The notes under the pieces: model-generated
Seen by the model: the letters and a program-made list of their open reading frames with translations, nothing else
Told to the model about the DNA's origin: nothing
Database searches by the model: none
Assembly (NCBI RefSeq): GCF_964355755.1
Contig: NC_092670.1
Span: 38,366,388-38,430,387, forward strand
Direction: 5' to 3'
Length of the DNA stretch: 64,000 bases
DNA from: Antedon mediterranea
Taxonomy: Eukaryota > Animalia > Echinodermata
Shown: positions 10,801-22,700 of the stretch, one piece after another
How the letters are laid out: each line of letters opens with the position of its first letter
Position numbering within the stretch: the first letter of the stretch is position 1
Position numbers and translations under genes: made by a program

Positions 10801-13164
10801 AAAAAATAAAAGACACAGACGTAGCCTGCGTTCCCTATAAAATATTTCACATTTAAATTTATGTACTGTTAAATGACATTATGCTGAATAATAGGCTTAC
10901 TATAATCTTAAAGTGGAGCTACACTCAGACTTTCTCAGCTTATATTATGTTTAAGTATGTTTAATTGAAAGTGATTACATAAAAAAAACAGGGAAAATAT
11001 GGAAATATTTTCCAAAAACTCATTTCTAAAAAATCGGTCAGAAAATAGTGTTTTTTAATACATTACACTTTTTCAGTAACTTAGGGGTTATTAGTTTACA
11101 ATACGTCGTGAAACGCGTTACACTTAGCAACTGACGCGATTTAGTCGCCGGTGAACGCATGGGTGGAATGTCTCCCCTTTGGTAAATTATGTGTCGAAAA
11201 ATGGGGAATACATTTTATACGATTTGTTTAGGCCTAAGTAATATTTCCGATAAAAATGTCAGTATAATCAGGGAGCAACTCCCTGGTATAATTTACATGT
11301 ATTGTAACCTCATGATTTGCACTGTACAACAACAGCATAATAATCTTATCAGATTGTTTATTAACTTTAAGCTAGGCCTAGCTAAGCCGTCTGCTCAGCC
11401 TAGCTAGCCTTGAATTTTTTGTCTAGGCCTAGGCTATATGCATTCATGGGTTTGAAAATTCTTGGTCGTTTCGCCCCATTTATCATTCCTGGGTTTTCTC
11501 GCACGTTAGAATTGTGAAACACAAAATCCTATACAGAACAAGAGTAGTAAAGCGATGTGGAAGCTTAGGCCTGACTGAAAAGCAACTATTCAGGCACCCT
11601 ATCATGGCCCATATGGGTAGGCCGAGGTTGGGTGACAGCAGAACAAACTTCACTGCTGAGTATCAGCCTAGCAGCTGGAGCCCAAGCAGCATCGGTACAT
11701 ACCTACACTCTAGTAGGCCTAGGCCTAGCTTTTTTGAATATATAGCCACATCTTTCTCAAATCTCGTTAGATTTGACATTTTAGTAATAAGTCTCATAAT
11801 CACATTATTACACTGTGAAACATGATAGGGTCACATTCAGAATGTTTTAATATACTTTTTGCCCGTCAAAAATAACATCGCGACAAAATAACAGATCGCC
11901 AGCTGCAGTAGTGTGATTGTGAAAAATGTCACGTGATCATACTCCCTAGCTAAATAAAAAACCCAATTGGACCCGAACGGGGTAAAGTGTCTATTTACGC
12001 AAAATTGCGCAATGTATACACGATAACTATACCAGAAATAGAAAGATCTGGAAAAATTACATAAAACTACATTAAAAATTTTTTTTTTAGTGAAGAAATA
12101 AATTTTTTAGGATTATTCAAATATACCCCCCTTTTGCATGTAAAAGAATAGGAAATTACAAGGTATCCCCCCAAAACGCAAAAAGGCATGATTTTCAAGA
12201 AACTCGTACTCATTGAAAAAAAATTCAAAAAAATATGAAGTATGGGGGATGATATTTTTAAATAATAGTTGAAATGTATGAAAAATAGTAATTTTCTGGG
12301 TGGAGCTCCACTTTAAACTATGTTTACAAATTGTCATTTTTAAGGCACACATCTTTCTCTCATCATAGACCTCAGTGTAAAATAAAAACAAAAATCAATT
12401 ATTAATATAGGCCTAATAATAATAAATATTCATCGACCAAAGTAAAAATAATCTAGATCGTATAACATCATTTTATCGCGACCAAAATTAAACGCCACCG
12501 ATTTCGAACGCGACTGATATCATCGTAAAACTCCGACGGGGTTTCCCCATCTTCAGATGGTGCGTTGTAGTGCGACAACGGCGGAGTAATTACGGGGGTT
12601 TCCCTCTGGTGAAAGCTAGAGCACGTTAGAGCGACCGCGGAGTGATTAGTTGGGGGCTTCCTCTCTGATGATTGGGGAGCGTGCCGATCGTGTGACCTGA
12701 GACTACATGGAGGGGCTTCCCCTTTTATGCCTACACGTTCCGTGTTATTTTGTGTATCATTGCGACATTTTACGCACTTTTAAACTATTTTTTAACGTTT
12801 GGGGCGACTTTGCGATGGGGCGACTTTGTGTTGGGGCGACTTTGCGATGGGGCGACTTTGCGTTGGGGCGACTTTGCGATGGGGCGACTTTGTAATGGGG
12901 CGACTGTGTCAGGGCGACTTTGTTTTGGGGCGACTTTGCGATGGGGCGACTGTGTATGGGGCGACTTTGTATGGGGCGACTTTGCGATGGGGCGACTTGA
13001 CTAGCATCCACTACTACTACTAGGCCTAGGCCTAGAGGCCTAGCCTTCCCTTGCCTAGCCATCCTAGTTCACACAAAATGTACTTTTAATTTATAAATTA
13101 TAGTAAAATAAATAATTAAGACTTACGCCTTCTTTTTGGCAGATCCACTTTGAGAAGCAGCCAT
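4806..13164 (-). CDS. RAB20: Ras-related small GTPase, Rab20-like (4 coding exons)
   Basis: Exons 13164-13127, 6422-6329, 5532-5476 and 5312-4806, all GT-AG and phase-compatible: MAASQSGSAKKKADVKVVIVGEAFVGKTTLVKRYIDGEFTHNVG|TIGACFSLKQWGQYNIAIW|DTAGEERFSGLSSFYCRDASAAILAYDV...GTKLDL...ETSALTG...KKLCC. The LKQWxxYNIxIWDTAG and DCLF motifs are Rab20-typical. Ends in a CC prenylation motif. Confidence 0.88.
5809..6301. mobile_element. MITE with TIR AGGGAGGTTTC(A/G)CAA and 3-bp TSD AAT
   Basis: About 30-50 bp imperfect TIRs (AGGGAGGTTTCACAACCTTACGAATACG / CGTATTCGTAAGATTGCGAAACCTCCCT), with AAT on both sides. Confidence 0.75.
6762..9156 (-). mobile_element. RTE-clade LINE, 5'-truncated, interrupted by a DNA element at about 7476-9065
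   Basis: 9156-9072 reads EKFNHLRFADDIVVLGEQISEVEDML (RT catalytic FADD). 7475-6894 continues ...KMNMKKTKVM...KVFNQCVLPTMTYG...KWKWAGHISRRRDNRWT...RNRGRQ. Ends in a (TGA)n tail at about 6762-6770. Confidence 0.88.
7476..9065. mobile_element. Foldback-like element 1 (GGACAACTACCCC subterminal arrays)
   Basis: Left array 7495-8270 and inverted right array 8915-9060. Ends CGTATCCGG... and ...GTCCTAGAACC. Flanks CTTTAAG / CTTTAAT. Splits the LINE RT reading frame. Confidence 0.8.
9463..13009. mobile_element. Foldback-like element 2 (CAAAGTCGCCCCATCG arrays)
   Basis: Left array 9470-9658 and inverted right array 12800-13000. Ends CGGGATCCAGTCAAGTCG ... CGACTTGACTAGCATCC. ACTACTA on both sides (9456-9462, 13010-13016). 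Confidence 0.85.
10912..12312. mobile_element. Kolobok-like non-autonomous element nested in foldback element 2
   Basis: TTAA TSD on both sides; TIR AGTGGAGCTACACTCAG / CTGGGTGGAGCTCCACT (RR...YY termini). Confidence 0.8.
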
Positions 13165-13708
13165 TGTTTTAACAATTCATTTCCAGTCCGTCTCGTAAGC
13201 TAGCCCCAGTCGTCCGTAGGTCGTCTACAGGTTCACACTGCTGGCACTCTGCAGCTGGAGAATTTGCGGGAAGAAGAGACGGTGTCGGGGAGATCGCTCG
13301 TATCCATCGCGAGAAAAATCTAAAAATATCTCTGACGACTTGTTACGTATGACACGCCATGAGTGACTATACACATTCAGTCATTGTGAGCTGAAATACA
13401 AATAATGCATATACAATAACTTAATCAACATTTCAACAAGTTTTTACAACACTAGTACTGTAGGTACAGTACCAGTTCTAATAATTCTTTTAAACGAACG
13501 AAAAAGAACAAAAACTATTAGGAATTGATTCTTTTATGACACCAATGTCGCTTCATACATCGATTTATAAACCGCGCCCTCAATATTAATCGCTATTTTT
13601 TTTCCCTTTTCTTACGCCATTTTGAAACGTTGAAACGACGGGAGAATTTGTTGAGAAAAGAAAACAAACCTGCGTTTTTTCAGTTGTATCAGGTTGTTTT
13701 ACTTTACT
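13165..13708. promoter_or_regulatory. Bidirectional promoter region shared by Rab20-like (-) and SF1 (+)
   Basis: Divergent ATGs at 13164 and 13709. The region is CpG-containing and free of the common MITEs, with a YY1-type CGCCATTTT at 13615-13623. Confidence 0.65.
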
Positions 13709-16700
13709 ATGGCAGGAACTGGAGCAAATAGCGTTCCATTAGGGAACTTGCATCCTGTATTTCAGGGAAGTCAAAGGGGTGTTCGACCTCAAGAGTCCAT
13801 GCTGAATGCAGCCCGAGAAGCAGCAGCGAGGATTGCACAGAAGCGAGGCGTCTTCTGTCCGCCATCACCCAATTCAGGTGGAAGCGGTAGTTCGTCAGGT
13901 AAGGGCCTAGCTAGCTAGCAAACACATTGACATTTATATATTTTTTACATGTCAATTAATCAATAGCTTAATATTATTAACTAGGCCTAGGTGGTTTATC
14001 AAGTCAAGGATGGCAACCAGAAAAGAAGAAACGTCGTAGCCGATGGGGAGGGGAAGAATCTAAAACAAATCTTTCTTCGGCACTTCCACCAAATTTGACG
14101 AAAGACCAGGAGCAACAAGTACTTTGTAAGTACTGTTTTCGACTTTTATTTCATGCTTTACATATTTTTAATTAACGCAAATTATTAAATATATATTTTT
14201 CCTTTTTGTTTTTGAAGTACTAGTATTTAGGGGCCTATATTTACATGATTTTATTTTACTATTGTAATATAAAAAAAACTTTTCTTGGCAGGTACAGTAA
14301 TTCAGTTCTTATTTTAAATATTATGTCCCATTTACCCATTTTTTCTGTAGTTAAAATTGTTGTGTAAAGTAACACTAAAATTAAAGAATCTAAGCTTAAC
14401 TGAACATGTCATTAATAGTTTAGTTTAGTTATAACATAACATTTATTTTTATCCCAAATTAATTTTAAAAACATCATAAATTATTGTTTAAATATTTATT
14501 GAACTATTTTTTAATTCAGGTAAGATATCCATAATTTGTGTATAGTAATATTTTTTGTATGTTGATTTATAGTAGTTTTTTTACATCCATTTTTAGATAA
14601 AAACTCAATTCATACATTTTGTATTGTCATCGGTTTTATTAATGAGAATTTACTATCTCCATAATTAACTATTATTATCAATTTATTTTCTTTACACTAT
14701 GATACATATTTCTTGATATATGTGTGTACATTAATTTATGATGTTTCACATGTCTAAATTTTATTTGTCATTTCTAACCAGATGTTTTTCCTTTCTAACT
14801 CGCCATCTTTCCACAGTGCACATCCAGATTGAGGAATACAGTCGTAAGCTTCGAACCGGTGACCTCGGAATCCCAGCCAACCCTGAGGATAGGTTTGTTA
14901 TTAACCAAACTTTTAACTCGTTTTTCTTTTCCATTTTTTTACTTGTGCTACTTGGGATCCCCAGGTTGAAGCATCGCTTCACCAACCGACAACAACAGTA
15001 ATTCATTTCTTTTCAAAACTATTTTAACCAGGATTTTAACTAATCAATTGATTGAGTTATCATATGACATAATAACCATATTATTTTGACAGCAAAATAT
15101 AGACTCCAATTTTAAATTTATAACAAAAATAAACTATCCAAAAAAAGATTATTTTTTTATTATATTATTCTAAATTACACCTTTTTTTAATACATGCAAT
15201 TATTTAAATCTTCATATGCATGAAAACCAATGAATTTAATTTCAAAATGTTTAAATATTTTTTAATATCAAGGTAAAGTATTATATTAATTGTTATATGA
15301 TACAAAGAAATCGATATTTTAAGCTTGGCACAGTCAACAATAAAACAAAGGTTACTAAAAAAAATCCATATTTGATAGTATATTTTGTCTGAAGTAAAAC
15401 AAATTAACAGTCAAATATGGGTAAATGTAATCTTTACTGTTCTTGATTGACTAATTTTTTTCATAAACAAGTTACAGGGATAATGCTTTTTGACTATATA
15501 CCACCTTTGTATTTTGTGTACCTTATTCCCTCCCCTTATACATTATATAACGCCAATTACACACTTTTTGTTTTTATAGCACCATCACATTTGTACAGTT
15601 AAACTTGCAATGAAATCAAAATTAATTTTTTAAAAACTATTCAAATATTACTGTGTTTGACTAGTACAGTCAACTCAATATTAGACAACAACAAAAAACA
15701 ATCAAAAAATGAGAATTTATTTTCTTCTTGTTTTCCCCTATGTAATAAATACACCTAAAAACCAGGCATTTTTATTATGATTATGCTGCGTCAAATACAA
15801 TACATTACAACATTTTCGTTATTAAAGATTGTAAAATATAATAAATTAAAACAAATTGATTTTAGATATAAATTTAATATTTGAAGCCAGCAAGTTTAAC
15901 TCTACTAAGTAATGAGTATAGCCAATAGAGGGCAGTGTTTTAGTCAAGAATGTTTGTCTTTAGCTTTGTCTACACTATCAAACTAGTTTGAAAAAAAAGT
16001 GTGATGTGCCCAAATATGGTAGTGATATACCCAAATGTTAGTGATATGACATCACTATGTCCATATATGGCCACATTGTTTTGTTATTATAAAGTTTGAT
16101 AATGTAGGCAGAGCTTTAACCTTTGGAAATCGTACATTGTATCACTCACAGGGATTTAAAAAAAAATATGGTTTACGAAAATGTAGGTAACCCAGTAAAA
16201 TCTGCATAAAGCTCTGTATATAAACCAGGCTACATACTACTTGTATCTCCAACCAACCAACAATCCTAGCCAATCTTAAAGCTCTGTCTACAAAATCAAA
16301 CTAGGTTGACTAAAAAAGTGTGATATCCCCACATATGGTAGTGATATGACATCATCATGTCCATAACATCACATTTTTTTTCTCATAAAGTTTGATAGTG
16401 TAGACAGAGTTTTATCTTAAAGGCATTGTCCATATTGTTGACCTACTTTCCAATGGTAAACTTTAGCCATTAAAACATAATAGATGGATGGACAACTGTG
16501 TACAGACATCGGCTCTTATTTCATAGCTTTGGTATGTTAGTAAATCACCTACTGTATCTAGATGTATACAGTAGTGGCTTGGTCAATGGCGCCTTCCAAT
16601 TATAAGGGAGTTAAGCTCTGTCTACACTATCAAACTTTATATTTGGGCATATCACTACCATATTTTGGCACATCATACTATTTTGTCACATAAAGTTTGA

Positions 16701-19700
16701 TAGTGTAGACAGAGCTTCACTATTAAGAATTCACTGTTTAGTCTCAATAACATACAAAATGTGATTGAGATTAATTTAAATAAAGGCCAAAGATATTAAT
16801 ATATGTTACTTAATTGTATTCATATGGTTTGGTATTTATGAAATAATTTAAAACTTTATATATTACAGATCTTAATATAAGCATAGTTAATGTTATTGAT
16901 TTCATAATTAAGTTAAGATAAATCATTATTTTCACCATTACTTATTTGAATGATATGTTTTGTGAACTTAATTTTCCTAGTTGTTTCAGGAAGTATAAAA
17001 TAAGCTTTGCAGGAGAAATTTGTTAATAATAGAATTATTTAAATTTATATCACCTGGCCTAGTAAGATACCTAATAAGTAATAATAATAAGTATTTGTCA
17101 GTACATTTGTCTTCTTTTTTTGTGATAGCAGGAAGTAACACAAGTAACCTTGATTATGTTTTATTTTGATGGAAACATGAACCCATTCTTGTTCATTGTA
17201 CTAGCCTTAATCAACGTGATGCTTGGTTCCCACTAGAGACACAACACAAGGACGTAACGTAAGTTAGTTGATCAATCACAAGCGATGAATTATTTGAACT
17301 ATCGCTTGTTATTGGTCAACACACTTGCGTTGCGCTTACGTCCTAGTGGGAACCAAGCTTTAGGGATCGTACAGTATGATTTCCCTACTCTTGATTAAGA
17401 AGTTGTTTTAGTTGCCCACACGAGTAATTTTGCATGGGATTATACTGAAGTTGTTAAGGTAAATCCAACATGAGTGATCTGATGAAGATTGCAAGATGAC
17501 TGGAAACATGCAGTCCAAAAGCAATTACCGTATTTTATAGGTGAAGTGACTACTGATGCTTATACAACAGTTTACTGTGCATTGCTGATTGTGTGATATT
17601 AATGAATTATGTCCCCAATTGAAAACAAATGTATTACAGGTTAATTATGATGTTTTCTTGTTGATATACATAGAAACTGTAAATTAGTAAGTTTATATGT
17701 AATTTCTCAAAAAGAGGTCATAGGTCATTAACCTTTGACATTAATTTTTTATTTGTACAAATGTAATTGTCATGATAATAATGTACTCTTAAATTGTAGA
17801 ATGAAGTAAATGGAGAAACTAATGTTTCTGTTATTTCTTGCTATGTTACCATGATTTTTAGAATTGCTTTGGTTGCTAACAAAAAGGGTTTTCTTAGATT
17901 GAAAGCTGTCAAGGAGTTTACTGAATAACAAATTATTCTTATAGATTGTCATCAACAGTATTGTAATTTATAGGATTTTAAACTATTTTTGGTTACTGCC
18001 AGTGGTGGTACCAGGTTCCCGGCCACTCCTCTTTCGCTTACTTGCTGCCGTTGAGAAAGTAGCATGTTGTTCACTTCATCTTTTATTGAGAAGTTATATC
18101 AACTCCAGTTACTCTATTTTGTGGACACAAAACGTTCTCCAATATTTTAATTTGAAGCTTTCAATTTGAATGTAAAATATTACAGTATTAAGGAATCTAT
18201 ACTACAATCTGCTAGTACCACCACTGGTTGTTGACCCTTCAGGTCGTTGACCCTACTGGTCAGTGACCCCACTGGTCGTTGACCCTACTGGTTATAAGGT
18301 ACAGAGGAATAAAAACAAAGTGTGGTAAAGAGTGGAATAGCCAGAACAAAAGCTACTTTGAATGTTGTCAACCTGGCCTACAGTATATCATGTATTGGCA
18401 TTTAACATCGAAGACATCACTAGTGATTGTTAAATTAAAAACCTGTAACTGATTTTGTTTTAGGTCACCGTCGCCCGAGCCGATTTATAATAATGAGGGA
18501 AAGCGGTTGAACACGAGGGAGTACAGAATGCGCAAGAGGCTCGAGGAGGAACGGCACATGTTGATTCAAGATGCATTTTTGTTAAATCCCGAGTACAAAC
18601 CCCCAGCAGATTACAAGTAAGAGCATTCTTACAAACTTTATGTGACAAATAAAATGTAATATGAACATGATAATGTCATATCACTACCATATTTGATCAT
18701 ATCACTACCATATTTGGGCATGTACACTCATTTTTGTTATTGCACTTCCAGACCACCTGTACAGCGTGTCAGTGACCGGGTCATGATTCCACAAGACCAA
18801 CACCCAGACATCAATTTTGTTGGACTACTTATTGGACCAAGGTAAATAGATGAATTTTAATATCAAGAAAACCTTTAAAAAAAACACAAACAAAATGTAT
18901 AGTGCTTTATCATTTAATATATCAGTATCTGCCTCAGATGTATTGGCCCATGCCTTTCCTCTGGTCAAGGTGGGCACTGGACGAGAGAAGCCCTTGATAA
19001 ATGTTAGGACTAATCAAGGTGCTTCCAACAGTCCTGGCTTAGTTTCATCCATCATTCAAATGAAAGTAAAATTAATTGACATTGTCTTTTGCGACATACT
19101 TCGGCCATTAACAAACATATCAGTGCCATTGTCAATTTACATTTGTTTCCTTATTTCAGAGGTAATACACTAAAACAGCTTGAAAAGGACACTACAACCA
19201 AGATAATGATTAGAGGAAAGGGGTCGGTAAAGGAAGGTAAAGTTGGTCGTAAGGATGGCCAGCCCCTGCCTGGAGAAGATGAACCACTTCACGCTTTAGT
19301 TACAGCTAACAATGCAGAGAGTGTCAAGATTGCTGTGGACAAAGTATGCTTATATGACATCATATTATTAGCTCTGCCAATGGGGTTATGTTGTCAATCA
19401 CGTTTGTGTGTTTTTTTGTTTGTTAGCGGGATTGTTCAAAAAGTTACTGCCAGATCTTTACCAACTTTACCACAGATAGATATGTGGTCAAGGAATCCAA
19501 TACATTTTGGAGGCAATCTGCTTGTTATAGGTTTCAGTGTTAAAAGATAGGAGACAATTATTTAAAAGCCGGCAATCTAGTACTTAGCAGTCTTAACGTA
19601 ACGTTAGGTTCATAGTAAAAAATAAATAAAATATGAAATATTATTAACAGTAAAAAAATGAAAATAAAATATTTAAAAAAAAAATAAGAAGGATGATGAT

Positions 19701-22700
19701 GAAAAAAAAGTTCCTTAGCAGGAATTGAGCCAGAGATTTATTGTCTTATTACTAAAATCTGATTTATTTTTTCTTGACAGATCCAGGATATCATAAAGCA
19801 AGGGATAGAGACCCCTGAGGGGCAGAATGATCTCCGACGCATGCAACTGAGAGAGTTGGCTCGCCTTAATGGAACTCTCCGTGATGAAGATGCTGTCAGG
19901 TATTACATAAATTCACTATACAAAGATGTATCATCCCCCAAAAACATGAAAAATGAAGATTAATTAAAACAGACTTTGAATAGGTTATTTTTTAGTTTTA
20001 AACTTCTGTAGAAAAAAATTAAATGGTTAAATTCAACCAAAAAATCCATTGGCTGGCAGCCAATTTGACCATTTTTTAAATTAAATTTTTTTAGGTAAAT
20101 AAATTGTTTTTAGATCCAATTTTTGGTCAAAGTTGATAAGTATTGTGTGACATTAAAATGGCATATTAAAAAAAAAAAACAATACATCTTTAAAGCATAA
20201 AACAGAATGTAATTGTAATACTGTATATAATACTATAATATCTAACTGATTCATTGTAAATATGCATTGTTATTGTTTTAGATGTTCAAATTGTGGCGCT
20301 TCAGATCATCGTACCTGGCAGTGTCCAGAGAAGCAGAATATTACAAGCAATGTGTTATGTACAATCTGTGGAGGCTCAGGACATATTGCAAATGACTGTA
20401 AGGAGAAGATGCCTGGAGAAAGACTCCTTGGAGTAGGCCAACCTCCACCAAGTGCGGTTGACAAAGCAAAGATGGACTCAGAGGTACTTTGTTGTAGCCT
20501 AGAGTAAAACTTAAACTTGGTTCTTACTAGGACTAAAGGATAAGTGAATTGACCAATCAAAAGTGGCAGATTATTCAAACTGTCGCTTGTGATTGGTAAA
20601 TTTCATCCTTGGGTTGCGTCCTAGTGGGAACCAAGCTTAAGAACTTTAGGTATTTATGACATCTTCTGCTCAAACTAAATGTTAAGGCCATACTAAAGCT
20701 TGGTTCCCACTAGGACGCAACGCAAGTGTTTTAACCAATGACAAGCGAAGTTATAGACAGTTAGCAATCACAAGCGAATAAACCATCGCTTGTGATTGGT
20801 CAATTCGATTGCGTTGCGTTACGTCCTTGTGTTGCGTCGCTAGTGGGAACCACGCTTTAAGTTTTTTCGCACGATGAGTAACTGACATTGCTTAGTGCTT
20901 CCAAATATAATCACAATCACACAATTACTATAACTTTTAACACTTTGTATTATATATATATTTTTAGTACATGTCGCTGATGGCTGAACTAGGTGAAGGC
21001 CCACCACCGCCTGTGTCTAAGCCCAATGCACCACCCCCGTCAATTAGGCCTCAGTACAACAACAGACCACCTCCTCTGATGAATCAACAAATAAACCAAC
21101 CCCCTCCGCTGGTAAGTTTACTTGTATTATTATAATTTTTATTTATTGCTGTATAAAGTTTATTTTAGTGTTTAGTCAATGCTTAAGCTTTGTATAGACT
21201 ATAAAACTAGTTTGACAAAAATAAAGTGTGATGGGCCCCAACTATGGTAGTGATATGCCCAGATATGATAGTGATATGCCCAAATATGGTAATGATATGC
21301 CCAAATGTGGTATCATCATGTCCATATATGAGCGCATCACATTTTTTTGTAACATCAAGTTTGATAGTGTAGACAGAGCTTAAGAATAACAGTTAGTTGT
21401 CCCATTATATTCACTACTTGGTTATCCTATTCATTTTCTCTTTCACGTGAAGTTTTGTGAATTTACTTCTTATTTGTTGTTATTCTAGATGCGTCAACAG
21501 TATCGTCAACCTTGGATGGGCAACAATAAGCCGATGGGAATGATGGGAAACCAACATCAACAAAACCAACCTCCTCCACTGATGCGCCAACAAGTCCAGC
21601 CTCCTCCCCCAAGAAACCCAATGCCAGTGCCACCACCTCCCCCTTCAAATGCAGGCCCACCACCACCATGGGCAATGCCACCACCACCAATGTCGGGAAT
21701 GCAAGGTGGTATGCCATCACCAATGAATTCATGTAAGAAATTCCTTTAAAAAAATGTTTGTTTTTTCCTTATATATAGATTTTTTAATATTGTGTGATAG
21801 GAATTGTGATTGATAAATTGAATTATGTGAAGTTTTTAAAAACATTTTTGCCTTTTTTTTTCGTTCATAGTACATGGTGGTGGTCTTGGTGGAATGACAC
21901 CACAATCATTGTTACCGCCACCCCCTCCTCCACCATCCAGTGATGCCCCTCCCCCACTCCCATCTTCATCATCTTGGCAAACGGCAACAAGTAAGTTTAA
22001 AATTATTAGAATTAGGCTCTGTCTACACTACCAAACTAGTTTGACAAAAAAAGTGTGATGTGACCAAATATGGTAGTGATATGACATCAACATGTCCATA
22101 TATGGGAACATCAAAAGTTTTTTGTCACATAAAGTTTGATAGTGTAGACAGAGCTTTATTGATATCAACAATTAGAGTATAACAACTATTTGATGTCCAT
22201 AGTAATGAATAAAAAAGTAATAAATAATATTTTTCATTTTCAGGTTCGTCCGCTCCTCTGCCTCCATGGCAACAACCTTCAGGTAAGATATTCAATTTCA
22301 TTAATATTTGACAAATAAATGAAATAAACTGTAATGAAATGAATTTAGCAGAATTGAGCACATGGGGATAATTTAGTAAAGTACTGCTGGTATGCTTACC
22401 ATATTCAACATTGATGTTGCAAATTGCATGCCAGCAGAAATAATTAAGTATAAAGTAATAGGTATACAGAGATAATGGCATTTATCAATATCGTTCCGAA
22501 TCTTGAATAGAGGAATACAGTTTTTTTTAAAAAGCTCTGTCTACACATCAAACTTTATGTGACAGCAAAATGTGATGTGTCCATATATGGACGTGATGAC
22601 GTCATATCACTATTATATTTGGGCACATCACACTTTTTTTGTTCAAATGAGTTTGAGAGTGTCAACAGAGCTTAAGATTAAAACATTTACATAAAGAATA

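Noticed and set aside
12707-13062. Four overlapping ORFs (GRLCDGATL / QSRPIAKSP)
   Set aside because: Subterminal repeat array of foldback element 2. The same applies to ORFs 7764-8012, 36730-37050 and 28486-28781.
13694-13708. ORF-track start at TTG 13694 for SF1, and other GTG/TTG starts in the track
   Set aside because: Bacterial-style start calls. The conserved MAGTGAN N-terminus places the start at ATG 13709.
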